From positions 14,563,548 through 14,627,547 of the forward strand of contig NC_068993.1 of the NCBI RefSeq assembly GCF_001194135.2: a stretch of DNA of 64,000 nucleotides, given 5' to 3'. Shown here in pieces: positions 40,130-53,858 of this stretch; within the stretch, counting starts at the first letter, position 1, and every line of letters starts with the position of its first letter. The position numbers and the translations under genes are program-made. The stretch comes from Octopus bimaculoides (taxonomy: Eukaryota). The notes below the pieces were generated by a model. The model ran no database searches and had not been told where the DNA came from. It saw only the letters and a program-made list of their open reading frames with translations.

Positions 40130-41381
40130 GGATTAGATTAATTTGATTGAATTTTACGAAGTTGGTTGTCCCAGCATGGCCGTTATCCAACGAATGAAAT
40201 TATGCGTTTTTCCGATAGATGTATAATGCAGTGTCCCTCAATGAACATCATGAATGGCTGTTTCGAAACATGCTATTATCTTAACATTTTCACCGAGAAA
40301 ATAATTGAGCTTGACAGAGAATAGAGATGTACATTATTTTGAACTTGTTTAATAACATTACTCTGGATACTATGAACATCCATTTCAGAATGTTCAAGAG
40401 GAATAGAATCTACCTTAGCATTATCAGCAATAAAATTAATGAATTGTTTTCACTTGACGTGGGTGAAATAATATTGATGCAGCTATGTATGTTGCAATTA
40501 TGTGCTATCAGATTATAAAGGTTTCCTTAAAACAAACGTCATTTACGAGTAGATTTAATTCATTTTGTATACAAAGGTATATGTTTCAGATACAGCTATT
40601 ATTATACTTAGTTGTAATGTTGTACAATAGACCAGAACATTACAGCTGATGCTATGTGTTAGCACGACACATCCCTAGCGCTCATTGTGTTCCTGTATAT
40701 TAATCATTTCTCTCAACAATAGCAATGCGATATTTCCATAGTAATCAAATGGTATCATTGATATATTACTGAAAACGGGACCCTGTGAAGGATATTTTAC
40801 TAAAGCGATACAATGGTGATTTTAGTAGTATTAGACATGATAGATAATTGAATGCATTTCAAATGCTGAGATGATGTATTCTCATTGAAAAGCAGCGATA
40901 TCATATGGAAGTAATTTGATAGAGAAAATATAAAAGACAACATGATTTTAAATAATATTTTGAAATAATTAAGACTATATAGAAAAATTGCTACGAGCAA
41001 AAAAAATGTGAAGAATTGGCCAGTCTTCTATAATTCTTGATATATGAAGATTTCATATCAATGAAATAAATCCAATTAACAGTATTAGCAAATGACGAGA
41101 AATTTGGGATACGATTTTTTTGTTTCTTTTTTGTAAAATAATGAATACTTTTTAAGAGTATATTGCGCGAAATTCCCTCCTGTTATCTCCAAGTGTCACC
41201 TAGTGAAGTGATTACTCAGTGTTATAAAAATTGGAAAACAGCGTGTGATTGAAGACAAACAAGGGATATAATCGCAATATGTGTAATTCGTAATATATAA
41301 TGTAATTCTGATTGACAATATTTCTCATCCACTTACTAGTTTTAATAAAACATGAATTTACGTAAATAATATTAATAACAT

Positions 41382-41823
41382 AGGTGGTGTGGCAATGTGG
41401 TGTGGCTAAATTGATCCCAACTGCATGGGTCCGTGTTCAGTCCCACCGTGTGGAATCTAGGTCAAGCGTCTTCTATATCCTTAGGTTGAAAGTTTTGTGA
41501 GTAGAGTAGTACACATAAACTCAAAGAAGCCTGTCATATATATATATATATATAACTAAAGAGAGTGAGAGAGAGAAAGGGAGGTACATATGCATATGTG
41601 TGTGTGTGTGTTTGTTTGTGTCCGTATTTGCCCCCACCGTCGCTTGGCGACCGGTGATGGAGTGTTTAGGTCTTGTAACTTAGTGGTCCGCTTGAAGATT
41701 TCGATAGAATAAGAACCAGGCTTTAAATACATAAGTGCTGAGGGTGATTCATTCCCCTAAAAGTTCGAATCAGTACTCCAGGATGGTCACAGTCCCTGAT
41801 TGAAACAGGTTAAAGATAAAAGA
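41382..41823 (+). mobile_element. SINE family A, full layout but diverged, with internal (TA)/(GA)/(TG) microsatellite
   Basis: The head ends AAAGAAGCCTGTC then (TA)n. The tail resumes at GTGTCCGTATTTGCCCCCACC and ends GAAACAGGTTAAAGATAAAAGA. The architecture is the same as at 55137-55597. Confidence 0.7.
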
Positions 41824-43430
41824 ATAAGTTCAAACAAGCGATACTGGCAAAAGTCTTACTAAAAGTTATAAAAGCATAAAAGAATATATTACACATGTTA
41901 CTAAAGTTGGTTTTGATTATATAGCAACGAAGCCAAAGCAACAATACCCAAAACAGGAGACAATAGATAACAGACAAAAGAAAAACCCCATGAAACACAA
42001 GAGATGAAATTGTCAAGACTTATTCCACCCGTATGAAAATAATAAACCACGTTTGAAACAACAGTAGGAAATGTACCGATATGTAAGTTTGCTTTAAAAA
42101 TATGTTCTGTCATATCTTAAACAAAATGACTGTCATAGCCCGAAACAAATGTAGGTTTTATAAAGAAGAGCTATAAAAATAATATATGTAAATGTATATG
42201 AGAGTACGGCGAGATTTATTAAATCGTTGCAGAGCTTCAGGTACAAGTGGCTATATTTATCGTGCTACATAAATTAATATTTAATAGATAACGATAATGA
42301 ATATAAGAACCAAACACACTGTATTTAAAGTTCCTTCAATAAAACTGGCTCTTCAACAAATATCTACAGTAAACGTCGAAAAAAAAAAAGAGATAAACGC
42401 CTGAAGGACATTGGCATAAAGTCTGGTCTGTAATAACAATAGCTATATTAGTTTATATTTTACAAAGCTAGTGAAATATTCCTATATTACAGGAACAATG
42501 AAAAAATGTGTCGTACAATTTGATACATATCTAGTTTTCTGTTAAGTGTCTTATACATTTAGCCATTCTGTCTTAAGTCATAAGTTAACATTATATATCT
42601 GGCACCAGTAACTAGTATACTCAGAATATCATATATTCATGTGTGCGTGTTTCTGTGTCTGTGTGTGTATGCGTGTATGTTAGAGCGTGTACTTATGTGC
42701 GCGAATGTGTTTGAGTGTATATGTGTCATTATGTGTGTGTGTGTGTGTGTGTGTGCGCGTGTGTGTGTGTGTGTTTGTGCGTGCGTGCGTGCGTGTGCAT
42801 GTGTGTGTGTGTTCATATGGAGCGGTTCCTGCTATTTCCAATGTCAGGTATCAAAAATTGACCGAAATCACGTGATCTGGTAGTCTTGGTAGCGGAAGTG
42901 GCAGTGATTGTCTGCCGCTAGCGATATAAACAAGAAAGCGTTTATACGTACCACTAAACAATATAAGAATTTTTTTTCTCTTGGTAAATATCGCAGTATC
43001 AAGTGTTCTAACGCAATGTCGATTTTTAAGTGATGATGAATATATAGAACAAAATTGAACAAAAAAAAACGAAGGCAAGTTTAAGATAAAAAGTAAAAAT
43101 ATTGAGTATTACACTGCTGTATGAGATTTACGCAAGAAATATATAAGACAATGTGACTTACGTATCCAACATATACTATTCTACACAAAGAACAGACTCG
43201 AAAATACCATGGAGTGAGTAAAGAATAAATGTGTCTAAATCATACAGTCACCAACTGTATGTTTATACATAGGAATATACACGATACATGCATTACTGTT
43301 TTGTTGTGTTACTTCGGCCCTGACTGTCAGCTCCTTCATAGTTACTATTACTATAATTGTTTAAGTTGCAGAATGAAAGAGAGGAAAAACATAATATCAC
43401 ATAATATCATACATACATATTTCTAGATAC

Positions 43431-43556
43431 ATAAATTTGATGTATTGTATTATATTTATTGTCGAAAATTGAGGTATTTGGTACAATATATATATATATA
43501 TTGTACCAAATACCTCAATTTTCGACAATAAATTTAATACAATGCATCAAATTTAT
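43431..43556. repeat. 126-bp palindrome with an 80-bp perfect core (43454-43533) centred on (TA)7
   Basis: The left arm ATTTATTGTCGAAAATTGAGGTATTTGGTACAA is the exact reverse complement of 43501-43533. The outer 23 bp have 2 mismatches (43453/43534 and 43443/43544). Confidence 0.95.
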
Positions 43557-45638
43557 ATACAATACATCAAATATATATANNNNNNNNNNNNNNNNNNNNN
43601 NNNNNNNNNNNNNNNNNNNNNNNNNNNNNNNNNNNNNNNNNNNNNNNNNNNNNNNNNNNNNNNNNNNNNNNNNNNNNNNNNNNNNNNNNNNNNNNNNNNN
43701 NNNNNNNNNNNNNNNNNNNNNNNNNNNNNNNNNNNNNNNNNNNNNNNNNNNNNNNNNNNNNNNNNNNNNNNNNNNNNNNNNNNNNNNNNNNNNNNNNNNN
43801 NNNNNNNNNNNNNNNNNNNNNNNNNNNNNNNNNNNNNNNNNNNNNNNNNNNNNNNNNNNNNNNNNNNNNNNNNNNNNNNNNNNNNNNNNNNNNNNNNNNN
43901 NNNNNNNNNNNNNNNNNNNNNNNNNNNNNNNNNNNNNNNNNNNNNNNNNNNNNNNNNNNNNNNNNNNNNNNNNNNNNNNNNNNNNNNNNNNNNNNNNNNN
44001 NNNNNNNNNNNNNNNNNNNNNNNNNNNNNNNNNNNNNNNNNNNNNNNNNNNNNNNNNNNNNNNNNNNNNNNNNNNNNNNNNNNNNNNNNNNNNNNNNNNN
44101 NNNNNNNNNNNNNNNNNNNNNNNNNNNNNNNNNNNNNNNNNNNNNNNNNNNNNNNNNNNNNNNNNATATATATATATATATATATATATACCTACATATA
44201 TATATATATACCTACATATAAAGCTGTATAGATTATATATATACATATATATTTAGAATTACTTCAAATTCCTTACATAAAGGATTATATATGTTTCTTT
44301 AAGTGTATGCATTTACAGTTATACTTAATAATTAATTCCTGGATATTTATATATGACTCTACGAACACATGATTAAAAGTCAACACTCTATATACATTCG
44401 GATATAAAATTAATTAGACATGAATAGACGTATAAATATAGATAAGCTGATTTTACTTAACATTTAGCTCGATTTAACATTCTCTGAACCCTTTCATGTT
44501 TATCGAAATCGAAAATTTGACTTCGTAAATTCTGTCATTAGTATTTGTAACAGAATCTCCTAAAAGCCAATCGTCTAATATAACTCTTTCACTATCTCTT
44601 CAATCTCCATTACACTTGCGTACATTTTTATCTCTCCTGAAATCTATCTACATTTCTATGTACCTTAGTGTTTGTCACTATCCTCCTTACCAAACCAATT
44701 CACTATCTGAAATGCAATCAGAGAGTTGATAAAAATACTTTACAGCTAAAATAATTCGGTTTTTAATGGTGGTTTTATATTCTAATGTAAAATATTGATT
44801 CGCTGAATATTTACATATAATTATATATGTACATTTGTCTCTCTCTCTCTTCATCTTTCTTTCTCTCTCTCTCTCTTTCTCTTTACATATATATATATAT
44901 ATTGATATGAAAATATATATACATATAACTATATAAGCATTTATACATTTCTAAATATATGGGTGTGAATGTGTTTGTGTGAGTGAATATGCATACGTAT
45001 ATATATATATATATATATATNNNNNNNNNNNNNNNNNNNNNNNNNNNNNNNNNNNNNNNNNNNNNNNNNNNNNNNNNNNNNNNNNNNNNNNNNNNNNNNN
45101 NNNNNNNNNNNNNNNNNNNNNNNNNNNNNNNNNNNNNNNNNNNNNNNNNNNNNNNNNNNNNNNNNNNNNNNNNNNNNNNNNNNNNNNNNNNNNNNNNNNN
45201 NNNNNNNNNNNNNNNNNNNNNNNNNNNNNNNNNNNNNNNNNNNNNNNNNNNNNNNNNNNNNNNNNNNNNNNNNNNNNNNNNNNNNNNNNNNNNNNNNNNN
45301 NNNNNNNNNNNNNNNNNNNNNNNNNNNNNNNNNNNNNNNNNNNNNNNNNNNNNNNNNNNNNNNNNNNNNNNNNNNNNNNNNNNNNNNNNNNNNNNNNNNN
45401 NNNNNNNNNNNNNNNNNNNNNNNNNNNNNNNNNNNNNNNNNNNNNNNNNNNNNNNNNNNNNNNNNNNNNNNNNNNNNNNNNNNNNNNNNNNNNNNNNNNN
45501 NNNNNNNNNNNNNNNNNNNNNNNNNNNNNNNNNNNNNNNNNNNNNNNNNNNNNNNNNNNNNNNNNNNNNNNNNNNNNNNNNNNNNNNNNNNNNNNNNNNN
45601 NNNNNNNNNNNNNNNNNNNNNNNNNNNNNNNNNNNNNN

Positions 45639-45697
<59 letters not shown>

Positions 45698-46192
45698 TAA
45701 GGGAAAGAAAATATTTTATGGTTCTCCATAAAATTGATACCGAAGGATATGTATGGATATCCTTTTATAATTTTGTATACTTTCCGCTTTCCTGATCTGA
45801 CTCAGTTATTTAATATAATATTTGTTTACTAAATTTGTCTTTCATCGTGGATTACATTTTATGCACATTGATTTATTTAACACTACGCCCGTCTTTAGCA
45901 AACTAGATATTTTCCAAACAGTTCAATACATAACTATGTGACTAGTAATATATGAGTGTGTGCGTGTTTGTATGTGTATGTGCGTGTATGTGTGTTTGTG
46001 TGTGTCAATGTGTGTCTGTACACGTGTATGCATGGGTAGATATATGGATAGACGGACGGATGGAGTGAGGGATACACGCGTTAATTTTTTTTATATATGT
46101 TTATATGTGTATGTATGTAGAATGAAACCTAATCTAAGAGATACATACATACATACATATATACATAAATATATACATACACACACACACAC

Positions 46193-46241
<49 letters not shown>

Positions 46242-46655
46242 NNNNNNNNNNNNNNNNNNNNNNNNNNNNNNNNNNNNNNNNNNNNNNNNNNNNNNNNNNN
46301 NNNNNNNNNNNNNNNNNNNNNNNNNNNNNNNNNNNNNNNNNNNNNNNNNNNNNNNNNNNNNNNNNNNNNNNNNNNNNNNNNNNNNNNNNNNNNNNNNNNN
46401 NNNNNNNNNNNNNNNNNNNNNNNNNNNNNNNNNNNNNNNNNNNNNNNNNNNNNNNNNNNNNNNNNNNNNNNNNNNNNNNNNNNNNNNNNNNNNNNNNNNN
46501 NNNNNNNNNNNNNNNNNNNNNNNNNNNNNNNNNNNNNNNNNNNNNNNNNNNNNNNNNNNNNNNNNNNNNNNNNNNNNNNNNNNNNNNNNNNNNNNNNNNN
46601 NNNNNNNNNNNNNNNNNNNNNNNNNNNNNNNNNNNNNNNNNNNNNNNNNNNNNNN

Positions 46656-46698
<43 letters not shown>

Positions 46699-48044
46699 CA
46701 TACATATATACATAGATAGACAGGTAGACAGGGAGACAGACATATACATATTTATGTATGTAATGAATAACTTTATTTTCCAACACACCATATTCATGTT
46801 TGATCAATTCTATTCACAGTTTTCTATTTCTTTACAAGTGATTTCTGGTTGTTTTAGAACTGGTATATTCGTAAATACATTTCAAGCGGTGAATTTGTAG
46901 CAGGTTTAGAAATCTCGAAATATCAGACTAAGCAATCTCGGTTTGAAGTCCGAAACTGAAACGATATATAAAATATGCTTTATGATAAAAAAAGAAAATG
47001 CTCCCATTCACCCCGCCACACACACACGCACGCATATGCACATTCTTAAAAACTAGAACACATACACACGAAGAGCTCCCGCAGAGTTTCGATCTACTAA
47101 ATTCACTCAGAAAGCATTTATTGATACGACTTTATTTTAGAAATCATTTGGTCCATTTACGGCGAAGTGAAAATGAATTCAAAACAGGATTACGAAGCTT
47201 ACTTTTTGGATCTTAGCGCAATACCTGCGCTTCTAATAGTGGGTTACATAATTTGAGAACTGTCTTAGATATAATGAAGAAAATCAGGCACACCTTGTGC
47301 TCAGACATGAATAATATAAATTTACATTTAATAAATATATTCTCAAAACAGTTCAATGACATCAAGAGTTATTTCCCCTTCTTATCGGTTATGCATACGT
47401 CACAAAGAAAAAATGCATTTTGATTCACCTGTCCGCCAGTTTTGAAGAAAATTAAACCACAATAATGAGTTTGAGCCACGCACCCAAAGAGTATTTTTGC
47501 AAAATTTAGTGAAAATCTGTTCAACCATGATTTTTTCCAGGATTTTTGCAAACACACAGACAAAGAGATAAAGACGAGCGACTGCAATACTCTGCTTTCA
47601 CTTACGTGCGCGAGTAATAATATGAAACATTAATAATTATTATCCAGTTCCATATAAAAATACAACAATATAATAAATTGTAGAGAATGCCTAAGAGAGT
47701 CGAACACACAAAACTACAAGTACTTGAAATCTTTCACTTGTTGGTGGAATTCGAAAACATAGAATTAGACATATGCATGTCTTATAGTAAAGAAACACAT
47801 TTCGCTATTAATATTAGGTAAAATATGTCTGGGTACGGGAGATCACAGTTTCGAAGCAAATGACAGACAGCCACATGTTTCCACCACGTCATATATATTA
47901 TATATATACTATGTGATGGCTGTCCGGCTGTGGCATTGTTGTCCTTTTTCGACCAGCCGTCATCATGGCCGGTCACATTGGTCTCTCCTCCCACTCGCCT
48001 GTTAAGATTTTTCTTTTATTCTTTGTACCAGCCTACATCGTTCG

Positions 48045-48290
48045 TCTGACATTCGAAAGACGTTTTCTGTTATTTAGGTTGTAATTGTACAATTATTTTA
48101 ATTTTTCTGTATAGCCGAAAGGTGTTTGTCTATTATATAATTCTTTCTCTGTTGGACTTGTTTTATTATTTCATCACGTTATGCCCGTCTAATAGTTGAA
48201 AGATCCTTTCTGTTATTTGTTTATTTATTTTTAAACGTACAATTATTCTTTTTGTTGTATAGCCGAAAGGCTTTCGTCTGTTGTCTGTGT
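48045..48290. repeat. Diverged tandem duplication (period about 148 bp) inside an unclassified repeat
   Basis: GTATAGCCGAAAGG occurs at 48109 and 48257. GAAAGA..TTTCTGTTATTT and GTACAATTATT recur in the same order upstream of each. Confidence 0.75.
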
Positions 48291-49224
48291 ATCATTCTAG
48301 CTTTCATGTTCTTGTTTTCGTTCTTGTATACCTTCGTTTCATTTTCCCAGAAGTTTAATGTTTTTACCTTAACGCTCTGGCACTTGCCGCATTCGAGCGG
48401 TCTAAGAATGAAAAAGTGCGGAACCGCTAGGACTTGCCGGACTCTGACTGATGAAGAAATCTACTGCGAATGGTCTGTGTATCTTATTTTTTTTTCCAGT
48501 TTCCCGTTTGTTGTGTTATTGTCTGTTTCACCATGCGTTGTTTTTTGTCGTGTTCTTTCTGTCCTACTCTTGATTTATAAAAAGTGGTAGGAGAGGCCAT
48601 TATGAATAGACCAATAGCCGGTCGTCAAGAGAGGGTCAAGAGCCGACCGTTTTAGTCGGTGTCTTGTGGAGTTATCAGCAATAGTAAGACAGAAATTAGT
48701 GTATTACTATATTCGTACGAAGAAATGCAACGGCATTCGATGACTAGTAACTATTGTGGCTACTAGAATAAAACAGCAGCTACAGTACAACGGCAGTCAC
48801 ATATCACCCCAACAGTGGTGACGAGGAAAAACAAATTTACGCGGAGTGAAAAAATGACCAGTCACATGGACACCTTAAACTGAACCAAGATTTGATATTG
48901 TAGAAACTGTCGAAAGAGTGTGCCATGATGTTAAAATTAAGGCATGACAGAAGAAATTCAAATGAAAGAGTGTTTTCACATAAGATCAGTGCAAAATGTC
49001 GGAAGACAAATAAAATGTTGCAGGAAAAACAGAAAAAAATATCGGGATGTAGACCCATGTATGGGTTTGATAGTTGAGCTCTGATTGGCTGTATGCAAAT
49101 GACTTCATAACTGGGCTCGGAACACGAGTGGAAGAAAAATTTCGCCTCCCGAACCACGTGTTTGAGAAGCAAGCTTCTTACTGCAGAGCCGCGCTGTATA
49201 TACATGTATGTGTTTCTGTTATAT

Positions 49225-49440
49225 TTTGCTTTTTGTATTTTTCAGTCATTACACTGGGGCATGCTGGAGCACCGCCTTCAGTACATTTTGTAGAACGATT
49301 CGACTCCAGTATTTATTATTTCTTTTTGTAATTCTTGGTACTAATTCTATCGGTCAATTTTTCCGAGTCGGTATGTTACGAGAACGTGAAAAACACCAAC
49401 GCTAGTTATCTAACGGTGGTGGGGAGCAGAAGCATAGATG
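49225..49440 (-). mobile_element. SINE family A tail, with a separate family A head fragment at about 49110-49198 (minus)
   Basis: TTTCAGTCATT..CATGCTGGAGCACCGCC matches 55150-55190. AGCAAGCTTCTTAC resembles the family A head. Confidence 0.75.
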
Positions 49441-49481
49441 AAGTCGTAAACACATGAATACATGCATACATATATACATAC

Positions 49482-49539
<58 letters not shown>

Positions 49540-49651
49540 NNNNNNNNNNNNNNNNNNNNNNNNNNNNNNNNNNNNNNNNNNNNNNNNNNNNNNNNNNNNN
49601 NNNNNNNNNNNNNNNNNNNNNNNNNNNNNNNNNNNNNNNNNNNNNNNNNNN

Positions 49652-49707
<56 letters not shown>

Positions 49708-50169
49708 TCATATACAGTATTTCGCTTATACCAATGCTGATGGACATCTACGAGGCAATCTATTGATTCAAGGATCACATCAGATTTTTGCAGAATTCTT
49801 TCTGGCGACATGTTTTATTTACTGCATTCTTAATGCAGATTTTGTTGTGATAACAGCGGCCATACATAAAAAAAAGCAGACTTGTATTTATTTATTTGAT
49901 TCATTCATTGTCATTTTTATTATTCCTGAAGAAATATTTAACGAAGTAGATTGAAAATTGATTACCTTCATGTTGTTAGAATTACTTCAGTTCGTTCGTG
50001 GTCTCAGTTTCGGTAACAGCATTTGGTAAAAATGATACTGGTGGTGGTGGTGGTGACGTTACTTGCATTGGCAATGATATCAGTTACGATATGATGGACA
50101 TATTGAAAATTGTTTATTAATATTGGTGTTGTGATGAAAGATTTTGGGTATGTTTCTTGGCATAATCAT

Positions 50170-50239
50170 AGTATCATCACCATCAACATCATCATAATCA
50201 TCATCATCATCATCATCATCAGTGTCTTCTTCTTCGTCT

Positions 50240-50271
<32 letters not shown>

Positions 50272-50435
50272 TTCTTCTCCTTCCCCTCCTCCTTCTTCTT
50301 CTTCTTCTTCTTCTTCTTCTTCTCCTCCTCCTCCTCCTTCTTCTTCTTCTTCTTCTTCTTCTTCTTCTTCTTCTTCTTCTTCTTCTTCTTCTTCTTCTTC
50401 TTCTTCTTCTTCTTCTTCTCCTCCTCCTTCTTCTT
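50170..50435. repeat. Compound (CAT)n/(TTC)n/(TCC)n microsatellite
   Basis: Directly visible, and the source of the poly-S/F/K ORFs. Confidence 0.97.
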
Positions 50436-51838
50436 CTTGCTCGTCGTCATATTTACATACTGTTACTGAGATCTGGTAGAATCCTTAGCGCGTCGGACAA
50501 ACTACTTCTCGCCGTGGTCAACATTGTATTTCATCCTTTTCGGAACGGATTCAATTAATTAACAGTCAATTAACTAGGTCGATGAAATACTCTATCCCGC
50601 AATTGATTTTTGAGAGACAAGACAACTTATAGTGTACATGGTAGAAAACGAACTCAGACACATCATTTTTTCAATGAATGTACCAACTTAAAAAGAAACA
50701 GAAATATCTGTGTAGGATTATATATTTAACAAGAATTGCCAATTAATACAAATATATCACTGTAATAAAGATTATTAGTGTCAAAAGAATTTAACACCAT
50801 CAATTTATATGAAATACCTAGACGCCATTTTTTTTGCATGATTTCGACAAGTTTTCTTTTTCTTTTATGGCAGAAAACGAATAAAGCAACACTTTTAACA
50901 GTCAAGTAAATCCTACATATAGCAACAACAAAACAAACGCATGAATAAAGATCTAAAATTTGAAAATGATGGAAAAAAATAACAAGGATATAATACGTTA
51001 ATTTAATACATTTCTTAACGTCAATTCTCAATATTTATGATATCATTTTCTCTTTTTCTTTTTTTCCGTTTCAAAAAGTGTACTTTTGATTATAATTGAT
51101 AGCATGGGAATTGATTAGAAATTGTATGTGTACGCTTGTTGGAAAGATCATTAATTCTGTAAATGGGCGTATGTAATAAAGATTTCAGTGATAAAAAAAA
51201 AATCGAATAAGCACCAATTATCGAATTTTATATTCTTAAACTGCGTTATTTGTGATAAAGTATCGTATATCAAAAGTTTACTTATAAATATTTATCAATT
51301 TAAAGCAACATTATTTTTTTGTTCCGGGTGTACATGACCTATAAGTTAGTAAGAAACATTAGATACTACAGCATTCATGCAGTTCTCATTGTAAATACCG
51401 AGAGAAATACGTTAGTTGAACTTAAACGAAAATATATAAAAGACCTATCATAGTTTCGGTGCCCATTTGTATCCATACCGGACTAACCCCGAAAATCAGT
51501 AATCTTTTACCATATTTTGTTTTGATTCTATAGGAACATTATTCTTGGGAACGAAGAAAGTGCTTGAATAAATTTCAGTATACGTAATAATCTCCATTAG
51601 AAACGCCACGAAACATGAACAAAAACTTAAAGCCGTGTTTTCTATAACACTCAGTGATTTTGATTATCAACATCTCCACAACACAAGTAACTAAGTATCA
51701 CTTCGGGAGCAAGGGCGATAGGTTGTTCACATAGACCCCACTAAGCGACTGTGTTCAACAGGAATTATGTGTAACTCTCACAAAGAATAAGTATATCATA
51801 TCTGTCATGAAGGTTCATATAAACTTGGATCTAAAAGT

Positions 51839-52270
51839 TATGAAGGAATTAAATCAAAATGTATACGTCTTTTGGTTTCTGTAGTTTAGTATAAGAAACG
51901 CAGGGTTTGAAAAATTACAACATTTTTCGACATTGTCTCCTTGCTATTCGTTGAACTTTTTTCTGTGATCCATAAACTTGCTTACTCCATCGCGGACAAG
52001 ATTTTTGATTGGTCGCCCAGCTATTTATGCGAGACTTACTGTGTTTTTTCATTGTATATATCAATGACGTCGTAAAAGATATTTGATTGCGCTAAAGGGT
52101 TGATAGTCGGATGAGGTTTTTGACTATACGCAAGGATTTTCAGTAACCCGAAACCCGATTTTGCAATGGTTTCAACGGTGTAGGCGGATCTATATGGGCT
52201 ATATGGCCAACCTAAAATAAATTTCGGTGCAAGCACAGGTAATTTGTGACTTCCCCTTGTATTACCATAA
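51839..52270 (-). mobile_element. Mariner transposase C-terminal remnant
   Basis: The minus strand gives AYTVETIAKSGFGLLKILAYSQK (52185-52118, cf. the mariner xHTVETLQKLGFEVLEHPxYSPDL motif), HK*LGDQSK and RDGVSKFMDHRKKFNE*QGDNVEK (51994-51923, a typical mariner C-terminus). A decayed TIR-like end is near 51839. Confidence 0.75.
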
Positions 52271-53376
52271 ACCTCAATAGAAAACAATATGACAAAAGTG
52301 TGAAACAACAGCATTGAGCACATAAAATATATCCTACAGAATGTGTTCTTTTCACAATGCTGTTTATTAACCTTTATTCTTCTCCATATAGCATTGAACC
52401 AAGCGATTGTGAACAAACTATCCAGCTCCTAGTTTGGAGATAGATTATTATACGTTATATAATAACTTTACGTAAGTCCTACTGTTTGTGAGTTACTCAG
52501 AGATACCAGTGTCAGTAATTCAATGATGAATCCATCAATTAATAAGACTAGTACTTCAGATAATTTCGAATGTCTTTTAGTTTATTAAACTCTTATAAAT
52601 TTTACTGGCAGCATAAACGGTACCAATACGTAAACTTTATACAATAAATATATAAATATATAAAGATATATTAATTTCAAATTTTGGTACAGTGTGATAA
52701 ATTGTATCAATAGCTACCGCAGCATAAACCACATTATACAATTCCAATTAAATATAATTTTTGAAGTAAATCCATTACCGGATGTTGTCAAGGAAAGCTC
52801 AAAAGAGAAAGAGCAACTGCAGAAATGTTGCTACTGCTTTAGAAATGAAGTATATTTGTTTTAATAATTAACTTCTCTGACTGTAAGATAAATTATGTAA
52901 CATTGATATCCTGTTTCTGTCCAAAAATATCCTTGAAATGCATACTAAACCATTTGATAGATAGAATTATCCATGACGCTTAAGGAAAAGTTAATATATA
53001 GGAAACGAGCAAGAGGCGCACAGCACATAGAGCATAAGATAACAAGAATATAACAGAGACAAAAATGGAGTACAAGAAGAGTAGGTATAGGAAAAATAAT
53101 AGATATTCTGAAGAAGTCTAGTGTATTTAATGAAAACCAAATTGTCAATGAAAGCCGGTGGCAAATTTCATTGCATCTTTTCATTGAACACAGTACGGGT
53201 TCAAGAAAGACAGACAAATATTGATTCATCTAATATGGGAGCCTCTAGGAAGTAATTAAGTCACATTTCAAAACACATGCCACCCTAAGCGTATCGTTAG
53301 ACTTAAATCAAGGAACAAGACCTTCTACTGAAATGAACAGATGCATTTTAATATGTGTTATTCGTAAAATAGGTCA

Positions 53377-53412
<36 letters not shown>

Positions 53413-53458
53413 GGTCTGTCTGTCTCTCAGTCAGTCAGTCTGTCTGTCTGTCGATATG

Positions 53459-53498
<40 letters not shown>

Positions 53499-53732
53499 GA
53501 AAGCGAGACAAAATACTTACAGACAGACAGGCAAGCAGACTGACATAGATTTAGAGAGAATAAAAGAACGCGAGATGTAAATATAGACATTTTAATTCAT
53601 ATATCTATCTCTGTCTCCATCTTAAAGCACATACTTGTGAGTGTGTGTATGTATAGCGCACATTGTCTATGCATTTATCAGTACGTATATATATATATAT
53701 ATATATATATGAACAGAGTGAGAGATAAAGAA

Positions 53733-53858
53733 AGAGCAGTTCAGCACAGACCGATAGAATATGTACTAGGATTACAAAAACTGAGTCCTGGAGTCGATTT
53801 GCTCGACTCACGGCGGTGTTCCAGCGTGGCCACAGTGAAATGACTGAAACAAATATAA
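53733..53858 (+). mobile_element. SINE family A tail
   Basis: GACCGATAGAAT..GTACTAGG..GTCGATTTGCTCGACT..GGCGGTG.TCCAGC.TGGCCACAGT.AAATGACTGAAACA. Confidence 0.8.

Noticed and set aside
48700-49070. Possible RTE-type apurinic endonuclease remnant (TYHPNSGDEEKQIY, RNSNER)
   Set aside because: The similarity is too weak and the catalytic GDFN motif is not recognisable.
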